Assembly: GCF_009914755.1 (NCBI RefSeq)
Contig: NC_060930.1
Source of the DNA: the human T2T-CHM13v2.0 reference genome, Homo sapiens
Direction: 5' to 3' (one strand)
DNA length: 64,000 nucleotides
The position numbers and the translations under genes were made by a program. The notes beneath the pieces were generated by a model. It searched no databases, was not told the origin of the DNA, and saw nothing but the letters and a program-made list of their open reading frames with translations. Shown one piece after another: positions 14,647 through 29,323 of this stretch. Numbering within the stretch: the stretch's first letter is position 1; the number at the start of each line of letters is the position of its first letter.

Positions 14647-16144
14647 TTACTTGGACACCAGTATGGAGGAGGAGGTTATTTCTGGTTCCAAGAACATATG
14701 GATGTTTTAAATATGCCATGAGACTATCATTTGGCCGACCAGTCAGATCTCCACACGGCAACTGAACCCTGCCAGTTACACAGAAAATGCTTGGTGCTTT
14801 GGGATGAATTCAGCTGTCAGGGTGGCAGAGCAATGAAACATTCAAAAATCACTTGAAATCCATGGTCTACGTACCAAATTGAATACATTTGTAGTTTTCC
14901 AGGATGTTTTTCATAATATAGAAAATTTAAGAAGAAAACATGTACCAATTTTTATAGTGTATTCTAATGATGAGGCCACTACTATTGTTATTTTCAAGTT
15001 AAATAGAAGAGTTAATAGTTTTTACAATTCACAGTTACATGTGAAAATACTAAATTCTCCTTTCTTCGAGATAGACATATGTTATTTTATTGAGACCAAC
15101 TCTGAAATGAGTTTAGAGTCTGCAATTCACTAGGGAGAAAGTTTTTCAGGGTGTGTACAGGGGCAAACAGCAGCATGTATGTGAACCTGCTTGGAGGCAG
15201 GGAAGGAGCAGAGATGAGCCTGCCTTTCATCCGTCCTTCTAACCTGCAGCCCTGAGACGGAGCTGGCAAGCTTGTATCTTCTCAGCACATGGAACCCATT
15301 TTGCTGAGTTTGTAAAAACCTAAGTACATGTAATTTTCTTGGAGACAAGTTTCCCAGGACACCTGTGCCTGCATATGCTATTCCAGTAGGTATTCAGGCT
15401 ATTGTCTTCTAGGAAATCTGAATTACATTAATTTAATAGTAATTAATGCAAGAATGTATATACAGATAATAGAGTAATAAGCAGTTGTTTTGAGGTCACA
15501 GGGACAACAGCCACTGAGAAGACAAAGAGACTCAGGTCTCAGTGGAAGGTGAGGAGGAGAAGACTGTGCTAACCTTTAGAGAATCCCTAAACTTGAGTGA
15601 TGAACATGAATTTGGGCTGATTCTCTTTATTCATATACCACTGGAGATAGTAAAGTTGTGGAAGGGGTAGAGTATTGCAAGTGAAAAGGGAAGTCTACAA
15701 GACAATACTAGAGACAAGTAGGACCCTATGCCCTTACATGCAAATAACTGAGTATTTATCCCTCTGGGCCCCTGCTTCCTCCACACAGAAGCCTGAGAGG
15801 AACTCATTATGTTAATTTCTTAGGATATCTTTTGAAATATAGGATAAAAGAGTTAATTTCCTACTCCAAGGGATGGTAGCTCCATATACCTACTCATATG
15901 GCATCCAACATATCTTCACTCCTAGCTCTATCTCCTAAACTGTGGGTCCTGGAATATGAGTGCCTGAGACACTATATGCATCATACACACTCCGCTGCCA
16001 TCTCCAAATGGAAAAAATAAATATGTATTGCCTGCCTACATATTACTCACTCAATAAATACTTTTTGAATGTAAAGTGTGAAGGGCAAAAATATAAACAA
16101 GGAACTCAGTCCCTAACTGAACAACATCATTCTGCTATGAATTT

Positions 16145-16720
16145 TTTAAATTTATTTTTATTGACACATAGTAATTGCACATATTTATGGGGTACAATGT
16201 GAGGCTTCAATACATGCATACATTGTGTAATGATCAAACCGTGGTAATTAGCATATCCATCACCAATTTATTGTTTCTTTATTGCAAGAACACTAAAAAA
16301 AATCCTCTCTTCTAGCTATTTGAGATATAAAATACATTATTGTTAGCTGTGGTACCCCTACTGTGCAATATGGTATCAGAACTTATTCCTCCTATCTAAC
16401 TGTAACATTGCACTCATTGACCAACCTCTCTTCATCTCCCCTCTCCCCCTTCTCCCAGTCTCTGGTAACCACTATTCTACTCAACTTCTATGAAATCAAA
16501 TTTTTTTAGGTTCTACATACAAGTGAGATGATACAATATTTGTCTATCTGTGCCTGGCTTATCTAACTTAACAATGTCCTCCAGGCTCATCCATGTTGTC
16601 ACAAATGACAGGATTCCATCCTTTTTATGGCTGAATGGTATTCCATTGTGTATATATACCACATTTCCTTTATCCATTCATTTGGTGATGGGCATTAAGG
16701 TTGATTCCGTATCTTTGCTT
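16145..16720 (-). mobile_element. L1MA 3' end
   Basis: tttttattgacacatagtaattgcacatatttatggggtacaatgtg...; typical L1MA 3'UTR. Confidence 0.8.
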
Positions 16721-17517
16721 GTTTTGAATTTTTTTAAATTCTGAGGTCACATATCTATATCCATAATGTATCTTGTTGTACACAAGATTTAATACCCTAT
16801 TTTACATTAGAAATTCAATAGATTACCTGGGTAAAATATTTTTATGTGTTTCCTTTCTTTGTGTATTCTGGGTATAAATTCACAAATTTGTTACTCTATT
16901 GATAACTTATTTCCCAATTATGAACCTATCAAGTGTTCACCTTTTTGTTTTAAAATCATTTTAAGTGGGGAAATGCTTTGAACTTAAGTATAATGCAAAT
17001 GAGAGTTAAGATTGTTGTCTGCTTTGGACATATGGCTTCATTTAGCATGTTTATACTTATTGAACTTTTGGGAAAATATAATTGAAGAGAAGTAATATGA
17101 ACATAGAATACAGTTTACTTAAGTCTTTATAGACCTCTTTAAACTCATTAAAAACAATCTATAGTGAATTTTCTTAAATGTAAACAATGTTGATTTTCAA
17201 ATGTCAAAACTTGCTCAATCATGTTCTTTCTTCAGATGGAGCCAAATGGTGTAGTCATCACCATTGTACAATATAATTTTAAACAAAATCTGAGGCTGCA
17301 AACAGAAAATGTCTCTTTATTTCTATTCTTCCTTAAAAGTTAAGTGTCAAGAGGTTTAGAAAGCAAATTTGGTGTTTCCTAATATTTTCTTCCTTGTAGT
17401 CCTTATTCTAGATATTCAATGTCTCTTAATTCTGTCATTTACTGGTTTAAAATATGCTTTTCAATATTTAGATATGTTATTTGCTGGACTAGTTGACTGT
17501 ATTTTTTTCTGTGAAAT

Positions 17518-17518
<1 letters not shown>

Positions 17519-17561
<43 letters not shown>

Positions 17562-17575
17562 CACACACATACATA
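17519..17575 (+). repeat. Compound (TA)n(CA)n microsatellite
   Basis: Directly visible. Confidence 0.9.
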
Positions 17576-18361
17576 TCTCCATTTTTTCCTGTATTCAATT
17601 GAGTCAAATTAGATATCAAGTAATGTGAGTGAGATACAAAAAAACTTAAGACATTTAAGTATTTTGCTTAGGAATAAACAAATAAGCATGCCATTCAATG
17701 TTTCAAGTTCTGCTTTAGAGAAAAATCATGGCATTATAGTTGAAATTAAAATGCATATTAATTATGTGTTAGGTTTACTCCATTCATCCTGCATGGGGTT
17801 GACTCTTTGAACATAAATATGAACACAAGTATGTTTAAAAATGATAATACCACAAATACCCTCAAAAGTATAAACCAGTTAAAACAAGTTTTCTGATACA
17901 CCAATGCTAAGATTATAAATGAATCTCGGTAAGCATGGCTAGACATACCCAGAGTCATGTACCTCCACAGGAGCCAGAAAGCATACCTCAAAGGGGTTAA
18001 TACAAAGGTGGGCCTGCCTGACACACAACAGGCTGGTGAACTACATCACCAGTCGGGTGTCTGGATTGAAAGAAGAGTCAATTTACTCACTGAAGCTTTC
18101 GATTGAACCAATAACCTGTTAAATTCCTGGGAGACTCCCTATTGAAGCTGAGAAGAGAAAGCATCTTTATCTCTGCTAAACACACTGCAATCTTCTCTCA
18201 AGTGGGACAGAATATTCCACAGAAGAAATTTCAGTTTTGAAGTAAAGGGAGCCAAGGGCTACTTCCAGGTCAATGTGTTTGATTCACTTTTTAAAGTTGT
18301 TGTCTTCTTATTACCATTATTATTTGAGAGATGATAAACTCATTTAACCCATAATGCCAGT

Positions 18362-18726
18362 TGATATGGTTTGGCTGTGTCCCCACCCAAATCTCGGCTT
18401 GAATCATAGCTCCCATAATTGCCACGTATGTAGGAGGGACCCAGGGGATGTAACTGAATCATGGTGGCAGTTTCCCCTGTACTGTTCTCATGGTGGTGAA
18501 TGAGTCTCATGAAATCTGATGGTTTTACAAGGGGTTTCCCTTTCACTGGGCTCATTCTCTCTTGCCTGCCACCATGTAAGACATGGCTTTGCTCCTCCTT
18601 TACCTTCCACCATGATTGTGAGGCCTCCCCAGCTATGTGGAACTGAGTCCATTAAACTTCTTTTTCTTTATAAATTACCCAGTCTTGGGTATGTCTTTAT
18701 TAGCAGCATGAGAACAGACTAATACA
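18362..18726 (+). mobile_element. THE1 (MaLR) solo LTR
   Basis: tgatatggtttggctgtgtccccacccaaatctc...gagaacagactaataca. Confidence 0.92.
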
Positions 18727-20118
18727 CCAACCAAGAACCAAGACATAAGGAGGATGTCATAAGAGAGCACATGTTCACACAGGAATGTTCACAAGATGTG
18801 TAGATGGGAGAGCACAAGTCATGGGACCCAGATGAGTCCCCTTTGTCCCTGGGGCAGGGGAGTATTGGAGCTGCTTACCCTCAGTCACAGAGACTAGGAT
18901 GCCCAAAGATATTTTGGGGGCAGGAGACAAATCACAATTCATCTAATCTTCTGTTATCAAGTAAAGTGCTTTTCTAAATATATTAATAGATGGAGACGAG
19001 AAAATCAAATCTCTAATCATTTAGTTTCTGGAGTCCTGGGCCAACTTTTGGTGAAAGTGAAAACAAATTGTGCCCATATTGTGCACCAGTCTGCATTTGA
19101 ATTCGAAAGGTGTATATTAGAGCACCCCTACTATATAAATATGTACTTCCATGCCCAGATATATGGTGTTAATCTTGATTTTTCATGCTGATTTTTATCT
19201 TCCCAGATACATGGTGGAGACATGCAGAAAATCAATGCCAAATTTTTTTCTTATTTTTTGTTTGTTTTAATGGAAAAGTTAACTGATGATGATTTTTCAT
19301 AGAGAGACTTTAAAAGGCAGGCCAATTTGGAATTTGTAAAATATAATTGACAGTCTTTTTCAAATAAATACTATTGTTGGATGAATGATTCAATCAAGAA
19401 ATAAGAAACATGCCCTTTTCTGGAGGTTATGCAAATCTTTTTAGTATTTTGGTAAATTAAAATAAAAAGATAACTTTAACATATAATTTATTTGCTTGTT
19501 TTTGTTTTTCTATATTGAATTGGGGCAGGGTGCCACAAACACAGGTCAAGAGGAAGAGACCATAACCATATGTCATGAGAGGACTGTGACACAGAGAATG
19601 GTGATATTTTGGCAGGGAAGTCATTAGTGAATGTTACTGATCCTCCCTAATTCCTCATGCCTCTTCCAAAGGTAAATGAGCAGAGGACAAATGTGGGGAA
19701 TGTTTGAGAAACATAGGGTATGGGGTCTAGTTGCTGAACTGCAGAGCTGCAGATCTGCAGAGCTACAGCAGAATGCTTCTTAATAGTATTTTTTTTTAAG
19801 TCAAGCAGTGCTGAAAAGCACATGGAAAAGCAGAAGTATACAATTCTGAAGTCCTAGGTTCCTAATGATCATGGGCCTTAGATGGCAAACCTGAGGTGCA
19901 ACACCAGGAAGGGATGCACAGCCAGGGAGGCAAGAGCCAGCCGAAGCACTAGTAATGCAGGAGGAAGGGAGGGAGGTGAAGCCTTGCAAGGAGAGAATAT
20001 GATAGGGTAGTACAGTTCTGCCTGTGAAATTTTCTGGGAAGGTTGGCAAAATAAGATTCCTGGACCATAAACACAGGGATTTCTGATGCTGTAGGTTTCC
20101 TACAATCTCAGGAGCATG

Positions 20119-20374
20119 CTTTTTTTTTTTTTCTGCAACTCTGCCTCCCGGGTTCAAGGGATTCTCCTGCCTCAGCCTTCTGATTAGTAGCTGGGACTAC
20201 AGGTGTGCAGCACCACGCCCAGCTAATTTTTGTATTTTTAGTAGAGAAGGGGTTTCACCATGTGGCCCAGGCTGGTCTTGAATTCCTGACCTCAGGTGGA
20301 TCACCTCAGGTGATCCACCCGCCTCGACCTCCCAAAGTGCTGGGACTACAGGTGTGAACCACCACACCTGGCCA
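20119..20374 (-). mobile_element. AluS with deleted distal right arm
   Basis: The T tail joins directly to ctgcaactctgcctcccgggttcaag; the left arm is complete. Confidence 0.88.
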
Positions 20375-21352
20375 GAAACCTGCATTTTAACAAGCACAAG
20401 AGGTTATTTCAATTGAGGGTCTACTAACTATACTCAAGAAACCCTAGCTTAAGGGATCAGAGGCAATATGGCCTTGGTCTTCTGGCAACAAGGTGTACAC
20501 TTAAATATTTGTTCAAGGAGTGGGAAAAGTTTCTGTCCTAGTCCTTATGCATGATCAATTTCTATCTTTTGAGAGGTGTGTGGGTCCAGACTCTGGGAGT
20601 TATGAAGCTGACACCATTTGCACTTAGTTGTAGCTCTGATCATTTTTCACCGTCTGAGGTAATAACCCAGGGAGGAGAAACTCCAGGCAGCATGGCAAGC
20701 CAGGAAGAAGACCAGGAGTCAGAGAGCAGTCTTCTCAGGAAGCTCTACTCCTTCTTCCAGAACATACAGCTACATAATTTACATTGTAAGCAAAAGGAGT
20801 ACACCATTTCACATATATTTTATTTATACCATATCTTTAACATTATTTCATACTTTTATGAAATCTTTATATTTGCATAAAATGCACTTAAGTACATTCA
20901 ATAATTTGAACAACTATACCACAATGTTGAGCATAACTTCTAATTTTTTTTTCTATGACATATGTTTGCAATTAAGATACTTAATGATATAGCATTTTTT
21001 CTTGTTTCCTGGAGTAAATACCCACAAGTCCCAGGACACAGGTTGGGACACTGGTCAAATGTCATATAAGTTTTTAGTTGCATTGCTAAATTGTGATAGT
21101 TGTTTCAGAAAAATGCAGCATAACCTTTTTTTCAAGATGATTCCATTTATAGTCAAAAAGGAGTGTCACAAAATCATCTTTAGAAGACAGTGGTTCCTAA
21201 GTCTAGGAATCCGTTTTCAAAGCTTCTGTGACATTACACCAGATTTCTCAAGATATTTTTCAAGCATCTGGGATAGGGTGGAGGAAACTATCATTCCATC
21301 TGGACCTGCACATTTTATTACTTCACTTGGTTGTTAGAAATGTTTTTTTTAT

Positions 21353-21655
21353 GGCTGGATGCAGTGGCTCATGCCTGTACTCCCAGCACTTTGAGAGGCT
21401 GAGGTGGGCAAATCCCTTGAGCCCGGGAGTTTGAGATCAGACTTGGCAACATGGCAAAACCCCATCTCTACAAAAAACACAAAAATTTGCTGAGTGTGGT
21501 GGTGCACACCTGTAGTCCTAGCTACTCAGGAGGATGAGATGGGAGGATCAGATGGGAGGATCACTTGAGCCCTGGAGGTTGAGGCTGCAGTAAGCCATGA
21601 TTCCATCACTGTAGTCCAGCTTGGGTGACAGAAGGAGACCCTGTCTCAAAAAAAA
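21353..21655 (+). mobile_element. AluJ with a 13-bp internal tandem duplication
   Basis: Dimeric Alu containing agatgggaggatc twice in tandem. Confidence 0.9.
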
Positions 21656-21731
21656 TTACGTTTTTTATGTCTTATGGAAGGGATAGAAATAGATAAGATT
21701 GGTCAGATCAGCTACGGGTGTCCTTCACACT

Positions 21732-22044
21732 TTATTTCAATTATTTATTTATTTATTTTTGAGATGAGGTTTTGCTCTGTTGCCCAGGCTAGAGTACAGT
21801 GGTGCAATCACAGTTTACTGCAGCCTCAACCTCCTGGACTTAGGTGATCCTCCCATCTTGGCCTCCCAAGTTGCTGGGACTACAGGTGTGCACCACCACA
21901 CTTGGATTATTTTTTTGCATTTTTTGTAGAGACAGGGTTTCATCATGTTTTCCAGGCTGGTCTCAAACTCCTGGGCTCAAGCAATCTGCCCGCCTTAGCC
22001 TCCCAAAGTGTTAGGATTACAGGTGTGGGCCACCACACCCGGCC
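21732..22044 (-). mobile_element. AluJ
   Basis: Dimeric Alu with a (TTTA)n tail and flanking tcacact duplication. Confidence 0.9.
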
Positions 22045-22546
22045 CATCACACTAGGTAACTGCATGTTTGCTAAAACTTTTTGTGTGTTTTGTGAAGACA
22101 AGTGCTTTTGTGACACAGCTCTACAGCATCTGCATTCATATTCAGGGACTACACTCAGCTAGCTCCTTGCTAATGCACAGTTTGACCAAAGTTGCCTAGC
22201 ATATCATATATAAAATCTCCCATTTGACACTTCTGTGGCCTCTGGGATTTTCCCATGTTTTGTGGAGACTGATTTCTAGAGTTCTCCAACAAGATGCCCT
22301 TATAGGAGAAGAAATGTTTTTGGCCTAGGGAAACATGTTTAAAAAGGTAACAGAAAAGTAATAGAGCTACAGTTTAATATAGACATTGATTTATCTTAAT
22401 GCCAAGGTGAGTCTTAAAGGGAAATTAAGGTAGTCAGGCTCATTCAAGACTATTAAGGCTAGAATGGCCACTGAGGGGGAAAAAAAGAAAATTGATTTGG
22501 AAGGAGATTTTAAGAATAAAACTAAAGAAATGTTTTGAAAGATGAA

Positions 22547-22946
22547 TGTCTCAGTCCATTTATGCTGCTATAAAAAAAATACCTAAGACTGGGTAATTTA
22601 TGAAGAACAGAAACTTATTTCTCACCATCTGGAGGCTAGAAATTCCATGATTAAGGTGCCAGCAGGTTTGGTGTCTGGAAAGGGTCTGGTCTTTGCTTCC
22701 AACATGGCGCCTTGTTTCTGGATCCTCCAGAAGGGAAGAGCACTGTGTCCTTACATGGTGGAAGGGTTGCAAAGTCAAGAGAGCCTCTCTTCAATCTAAG
22801 TCCTTTTATAAAGGTGCTAATCCCATGTATGAATGACCAAGCTCCCAAAGGCCACCTCCTAAAGACCACACCTTTTAATATTTGTGCACTGGGGATTACA
22901 TTTCAACATGAATTTTGGAGGGGAGATCATCATTCAAACCATAGCA
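22547..22946 (-). mobile_element. MST/MLT1A-type MaLR LTR
   Basis: tgtctcagtccatttatgctgctata...cattcaaaccatagca; near TSD atgaa/atgga. Confidence 0.85.
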
Positions 22947-23074
22947 ATGGAGATGTAGACCACAGTAAAGGCTGTAGCTGCCACATAGGATGTGATCCAA
23001 GCGGGACTAATTTTTGTGAAACACATTAATGATCACTAGAATGGGCAGCATTTATGATCCTTATGAAGGCATGA

Positions 23075-23330
23075 GGGCAGAACAGCATAGTGATTGAAGA
23101 CATGAACCTTCATAGCCAGACTGCCTGAGTTTAAAACTTGGCCATACTTTAGTTAGCTGTGTGACCATGGATCAATTAATCTTTCTTAGCTTTGGTTTGC
23201 AATTTGTAAAATAATGATTATAATAATAACTACTTCCCAGGGTTGTTATGAAAATTAAATAAGGCAAGGCATAAAAAGTCCTTAGCATGAAGATTGGCCT
23301 CTAGCAAGCATGGTGTGAATGTTAGTCATT
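23075..23330 (+). mobile_element. MIR
   Basis: Core-like agctgtgtgaccatggatcaattaatc...gttgttatgaaaattaaat. Confidence 0.7.
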
Positions 23331-25333
23331 AAAGATGATATGTATCATAATGGTAATTGGTAGTAATTGCCATAAATAGCACAGGACCAATAACTATAAT
23401 CAAGAAAAGTTAAATGTAAAGCAAAATATGAACAAGAGTTAATTTCCATACCTTTTCCCTAAACCCCAAACCCTCAGTAAAATTTAATTTCACACAATAG
23501 TAGCTGGGCACTGAAAAATAATGAGAAGAGGCTGTGTTCAGGTTTTGAAGAAAAGTAAACCAGAGAGAACCTGGGGCAGTCAGCAGGGGTAAGGAAAAGG
23601 CAACAAAACCAATAAGGAATTAAGCGTGGAACAAGAATCCAGAGTAAGAAATAATAACCACTCTACCAGCGTCCTCCTGGGGAATTGTTGGGGCAATTGG
23701 AGGAAATGCTAGATTCTCAAAACTACCTAGGATAGGGACTCAAGCTATTTTATTCAGATGCTATAGTAAAAGATGGTTCTAATGTCCTGGGAACTTAGGA
23801 AGATTTGAGTTACGCATATATAGATATGGATGTGTATGTCTATATGGAAAAAAATTATTGAACGATGTAAACCAAACTGTTAAATAATATTTATTGGAGA
23901 GCAGGATAAATGAAAGTTTTCAGTTTTCTACTTTCTATGTTTAAAATAAGCATGAACTATCTTTATAAACATGAAAACATGAAACATAAAAATCAATGAA
24001 GACATTTTTATGATCATGATGTTTATGAATGTAAAAATCATAACCCAGTGATAGCTGATGGTGTTGTTTATAAGGTATAAACTTTGTCATTCTCACTTCC
24101 TCTGCTAGCTGGTCAATAGGAGCATGGAAGCATCCATCATCCCTGCCACATGTTCTAGAAGACTCCTGTGAGAAACAGAGTAATAGCACCTCCTCATTAG
24201 CCACTAGTTTGGCAATTGCAGAATGAGGAACATAGAGCTGGGCATTTCTTGGTTTGGAGGGAACCAGGTGATTCTCAGTAGAAGTGTCTCTTCCCTGGAG
24301 AATTCTTACTGTGAAGGCAATTCAGAATATGCCATCCAGTGATCTTCAAAGTTCCACCAACAGCAGTTTCTAGTGTATGGTTACTTTTACCTTAAATTTG
24401 ATAGATTAATAGCCCCAGTTTGTCAAGTCACAGAATGTCAGGCCCTTGCTTCTTATATCTGTCTGGAATTCCCAGAAAACAGAATGTGTGTTGCCTTCAA
24501 TGAGCCAGCTCATTGGTCCCTTTGCAACAGCAGATGCCCTACCCTCAGAAAAGCCATCTACACCTGCATCTCTAGCACCTTAAGCACATGCCCATAGGCA
24601 CAATAGGGAACCCACAGGGTCTTAGTGACTTCAGTGTCATCTCCTGGGTGTCTACTTTCTTGCCACAGCTGCCTTCAGGTGCCTGAACTTTAGAAGGTGC
24701 TGTGTAACTAAACTAAGATACGCCCATGACCATGCTGTTGGGGCCTGGCCTGTGCTGCCCTAGGGCACCTTTCATGCACTCACTGCAGCTCTTTTCTGAG
24801 ATCCCTTCTGCAATACGACTCCTGATTCCTAGTGTTGACTGTTCTCTCTGACAGTTGGAAAAGTTATCTCCTCCCTGTGTCTAGTCCTTTCAAAGAGAAG
24901 TTACCACAGCAGAGAAGCAGACTCAGTGGCAATTCTTTCTGGTCTTCTCTTTCCATCCCAGGGCAGCCTCACGTCGTAAAACAAACCACCAAACCACTGT
25001 TCTCTCCTTATGCTCAAGCACTGTTGATGAGTCTAATATCCACTTAAATTATGACTAGGGAGTTTTCTCAAAGGGCCTTGTTGTCCCTCCCTGCTATCTG
25101 TCTTCCTTCACTTCTACACTCTCCATCCCTCTCACCCTACTCAATCTGGCCATTGGCATATCTCCTTTTAACTAAATCCAAACTCTGAACTGACTGCAAG
25201 GTTTTTTGTAGGGATGGCATGCTAATGAGTGCATGTGGCTAACTGCCTTCTAACATTCTGTGACAGGAAAGCTTTGAGGCTCTGCTTTGCAATGTATACA
25301 AGACACCCTCCAGAGGGATGGCAGCTGTAGTAA

Positions 25334-25885
25334 CGTACAGGAAAGGGGTCCTGATCCAGACCCCATGAAAGGGTTCTTGGATCTCACGCAAGAAAGAATT
25401 TAGGGCAAATCCACAGTGCAAAGCAAAAGTAAGTTTATTAAGTAAAGTGGTGAAAGAACAGCTACTCCATAGACAGAGTAGTACTTCCCGAAAGTAAAAG
25501 GAGGAACACGTCCACCCTAGGTATAATGCTTTTGTGTGTGTGTGTGTGTGTATGTGTATATATATGATAAAACAATATCATGGTGAGATGTGCTCTGCTA
25601 CAAGGGTTTGTGATAAAGGATTAATTTTCTTAATTACATTTCACAAGAATAAATATTATTATCTTTAAAGCAAAATTAGGAATGCTTTTGTTCTCAAGAT
25701 ACCAGGATATTAGGACACTCCCAAGTCTGGGTCTGTTGAATAAACATTATCAATCTGTTCCCTTAACTGCAAACATCTAGAGGCTAGAAATACCTTGCTT
25801 TCTGGGATGCAGCCCAGCAAGTCCCAGCCTCATTTTCCCTGCCCTCACTCAAGATGGAGTCGCTCTAGTTTGAACTCCTCTGACA
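25334..25885 (-). mobile_element. MER41-family ERV1 solo LTR (MER41C/D-like)
   Basis: Reverse-complement ends TGTCAGAGGAGTTCAAACTAGAGCGACTCCATCTTG and GGGGTCTGGATCAGGACCCCTTTCC match MER41; the interior differs from recalled MER41A/B. Confidence 0.85.
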
Positions 25886-25889
25886 TTAA

Positions 25890-26795
25890 GAGGTGGATTT
25901 ATAGATTTACTAGGATGTTAATGAAGCTTAATCTCCAGGACTTGTCATTTGCACTAGCCCATTCTAAGACTTGTTGTGTTCTTGGGGTAACCACGGAAGA
26001 AGCACTGACCCTAGCCATGCACAGGCAGCATGAAGTACAAAGTATTGCCCAGGCTGGGAGTCACCCTCTATAATCTGGCCAGTGGTACAGGGACTGCAGT
26101 AGGACTAGTAGGCTGTCAACAATACCTCCATATCAGCTGAGCTCCAACACACAACCTGAGCCTCAGGACCCAATCTTTGACCTTAAGAGAAAGGAACAAG
26201 GACATGCCTCCCTGCCTGTAGGCCGCTATGACCAAGGATTAAAGATATTTTTTTCTTCCTCTCACTCCTCTTCTAAGGTACTGCCCAGTAGGAACAGGAG
26301 GCAGCAAAGACCTAACAAAAGTGGACCATATACATAGTAGCAGCCATCGGTGTCCATAAGCCGTGATATCAAAGAGCTGGAGTTTTCCCACTTCTTTTCC
26401 GAGCACTGCCTGAACCAGAAACTCAGATGTGACATTACCAGTAATGAGTGGTGAAGCTTCAAGAAAGTTTTCTGAACTTTCCTTTTCCATCCATTGTGCT
26501 AGAGAGAAAACTGAATTATATTTTCAATCTCTCTAGAGAAAATGTTACAAAATTTTTCATATGAGGAGATAATCAAAGTGTACAACCCAAAAATGTAGAA
26601 AACAATTGTTACAGAGGTGAAAGGCAGTTAATTAATAACTTATTTTTCTGGATTTTGTGATGTTTGTGCTATTCATGTGCTTTTTAAAAAACGTTGTATT
26701 TTGCGATTTCCTCATTTTCATAGCTAATTTTGCATTCATAATTTCATGTTCTTTTTCTTAAACAAGGCCTACCCATCTAGCTCTGGTCTGTCCAA
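25890..26795 (+). mobile_element. hAT-Tip100 fossil (MER115/Zaphod-like) with an internal unassigned insert
   Basis: Left end aggtggattt...aatgaagcttaatctccagg; 26429-26479 translates VTLPVMSGEASRKFSEL, resembling the hAT dimerisation motif. Confidence 0.65.
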
Positions 26796-26899
26796 CACAA
26801 GCTGATCTCTGGCTCCCATTTGGGCTGTTACGTATTGAAGGCTAACCTTTCTGGGACAGACGCAGAAGGCACATCTCATCTTTATGAGGTCCAAGTTAA

Positions 26900-28259
<1,360 letters not shown>

Positions 28260-28569
28260 CCTAACATGTGTTTTTAATGGCTATACCTAGTCTTTCCTCA
28301 TTTTTATCCTACTATAACTAATTTTTATGAGCAAATACAGAGCTACATCAACTGGGGATCCTCCAAAATTGACAGTAAGAAACATGCTGTTGCATTTGCA
28401 GGCATGCCCAGGGTCCAGATAAGTATGCATAAATATTGTGTTGCCATAGTGATTAAGGGCATTCTTCCCAAGATGATTTGACAACAGCAAATCTTTTATA
28501 AGTACCTTCTCTAGAAGTATTTGGCAATGATCCTACCACTTCTCTGAATATTCAGTAGAAGTACAGATG

Positions 28570-28820
28570 AAGTAGGATGGTCTAGTAATTAAAAGTATGA
28601 TCTCTGCAGACAGGCAGGCTCCCCAGTTCAAATTCTGGCTCTAGCATCTACTTGCTGTGTGACTGTGGGTAAGTTAAACTCTTTGAGCCTTAGATTTCTC
28701 ATCTGTAAAATCCCTCTTTGGTAAAATGGGATAATAAAAGCTACCCCAAAGGGTTAATGGGAAGATTGCCAGTAAATGTTAAGTAGAACATACAGTTCAG
28801 TACCTGGCATGCAGAGCTCA
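28570..28820 (+). mobile_element. MIR
   Basis: gttcaaattctggctctagc...ctttgagccttagatttctcatctgtaaaat. Confidence 0.8.
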
Positions 28821-28841
28821 ACAAACAGTAGAAATTACGAC

Positions 28842-29323
28842 TAAGACAGCTTCAACAATCCCCTCAGCTTGACTAAACTTCAGACAGGTTTCTTTGTGAG
28901 CATAGGCCCCTTTTCTTAGATCATTTACTTTAGAAAACTTGCAATTATAATTTCTTTCTCTATCCCTTTGTGAAGTAAATCTTCTACAACCCAGGAGCAT
29001 CTTTCTCCAAAGCCTAAGAACCATGCCTTAGAAATGTAATCACCAAGAAAAATTGCACCTTTATTTCTTTGTATCTGTGGGAAAGGAGAAGCCTAACTTC
29101 AGTAGGTGCCAATTAGCAAACACAGATAGCCTGATCCCATTTACCGATCTCACCTCTAGTGTCTTTCAGTACTTACTAACTCACCTCAATGCTTAAAATT
29201 CTCCTGTCTGTTTCAGTGTGATTGAGTTCAATTTCTCCTCCATTGTGATAGTCTTGATCTCTTTTGCAATTGTCTTGAATAAAGTCTTCCTTGCCTAACT
29301 TGTCCAGTGTAACTTTTCTTACA
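28842..29323 (+). mobile_element. ERV1 solo LTR (MER67-like)
   Basis: cagcttgactaaacttcagacagg...AATAAA...ttttcttaca; family assigned from memory. Confidence 0.6.

Noticed and set aside
25486-25494. Possible STAT/GAS site in the MER41 LTR (ttcccgaaa)
   Set aside because: It does not match TTCnnnGAA, and this copy lacks the MER41B-type interior associated with STAT1 binding.
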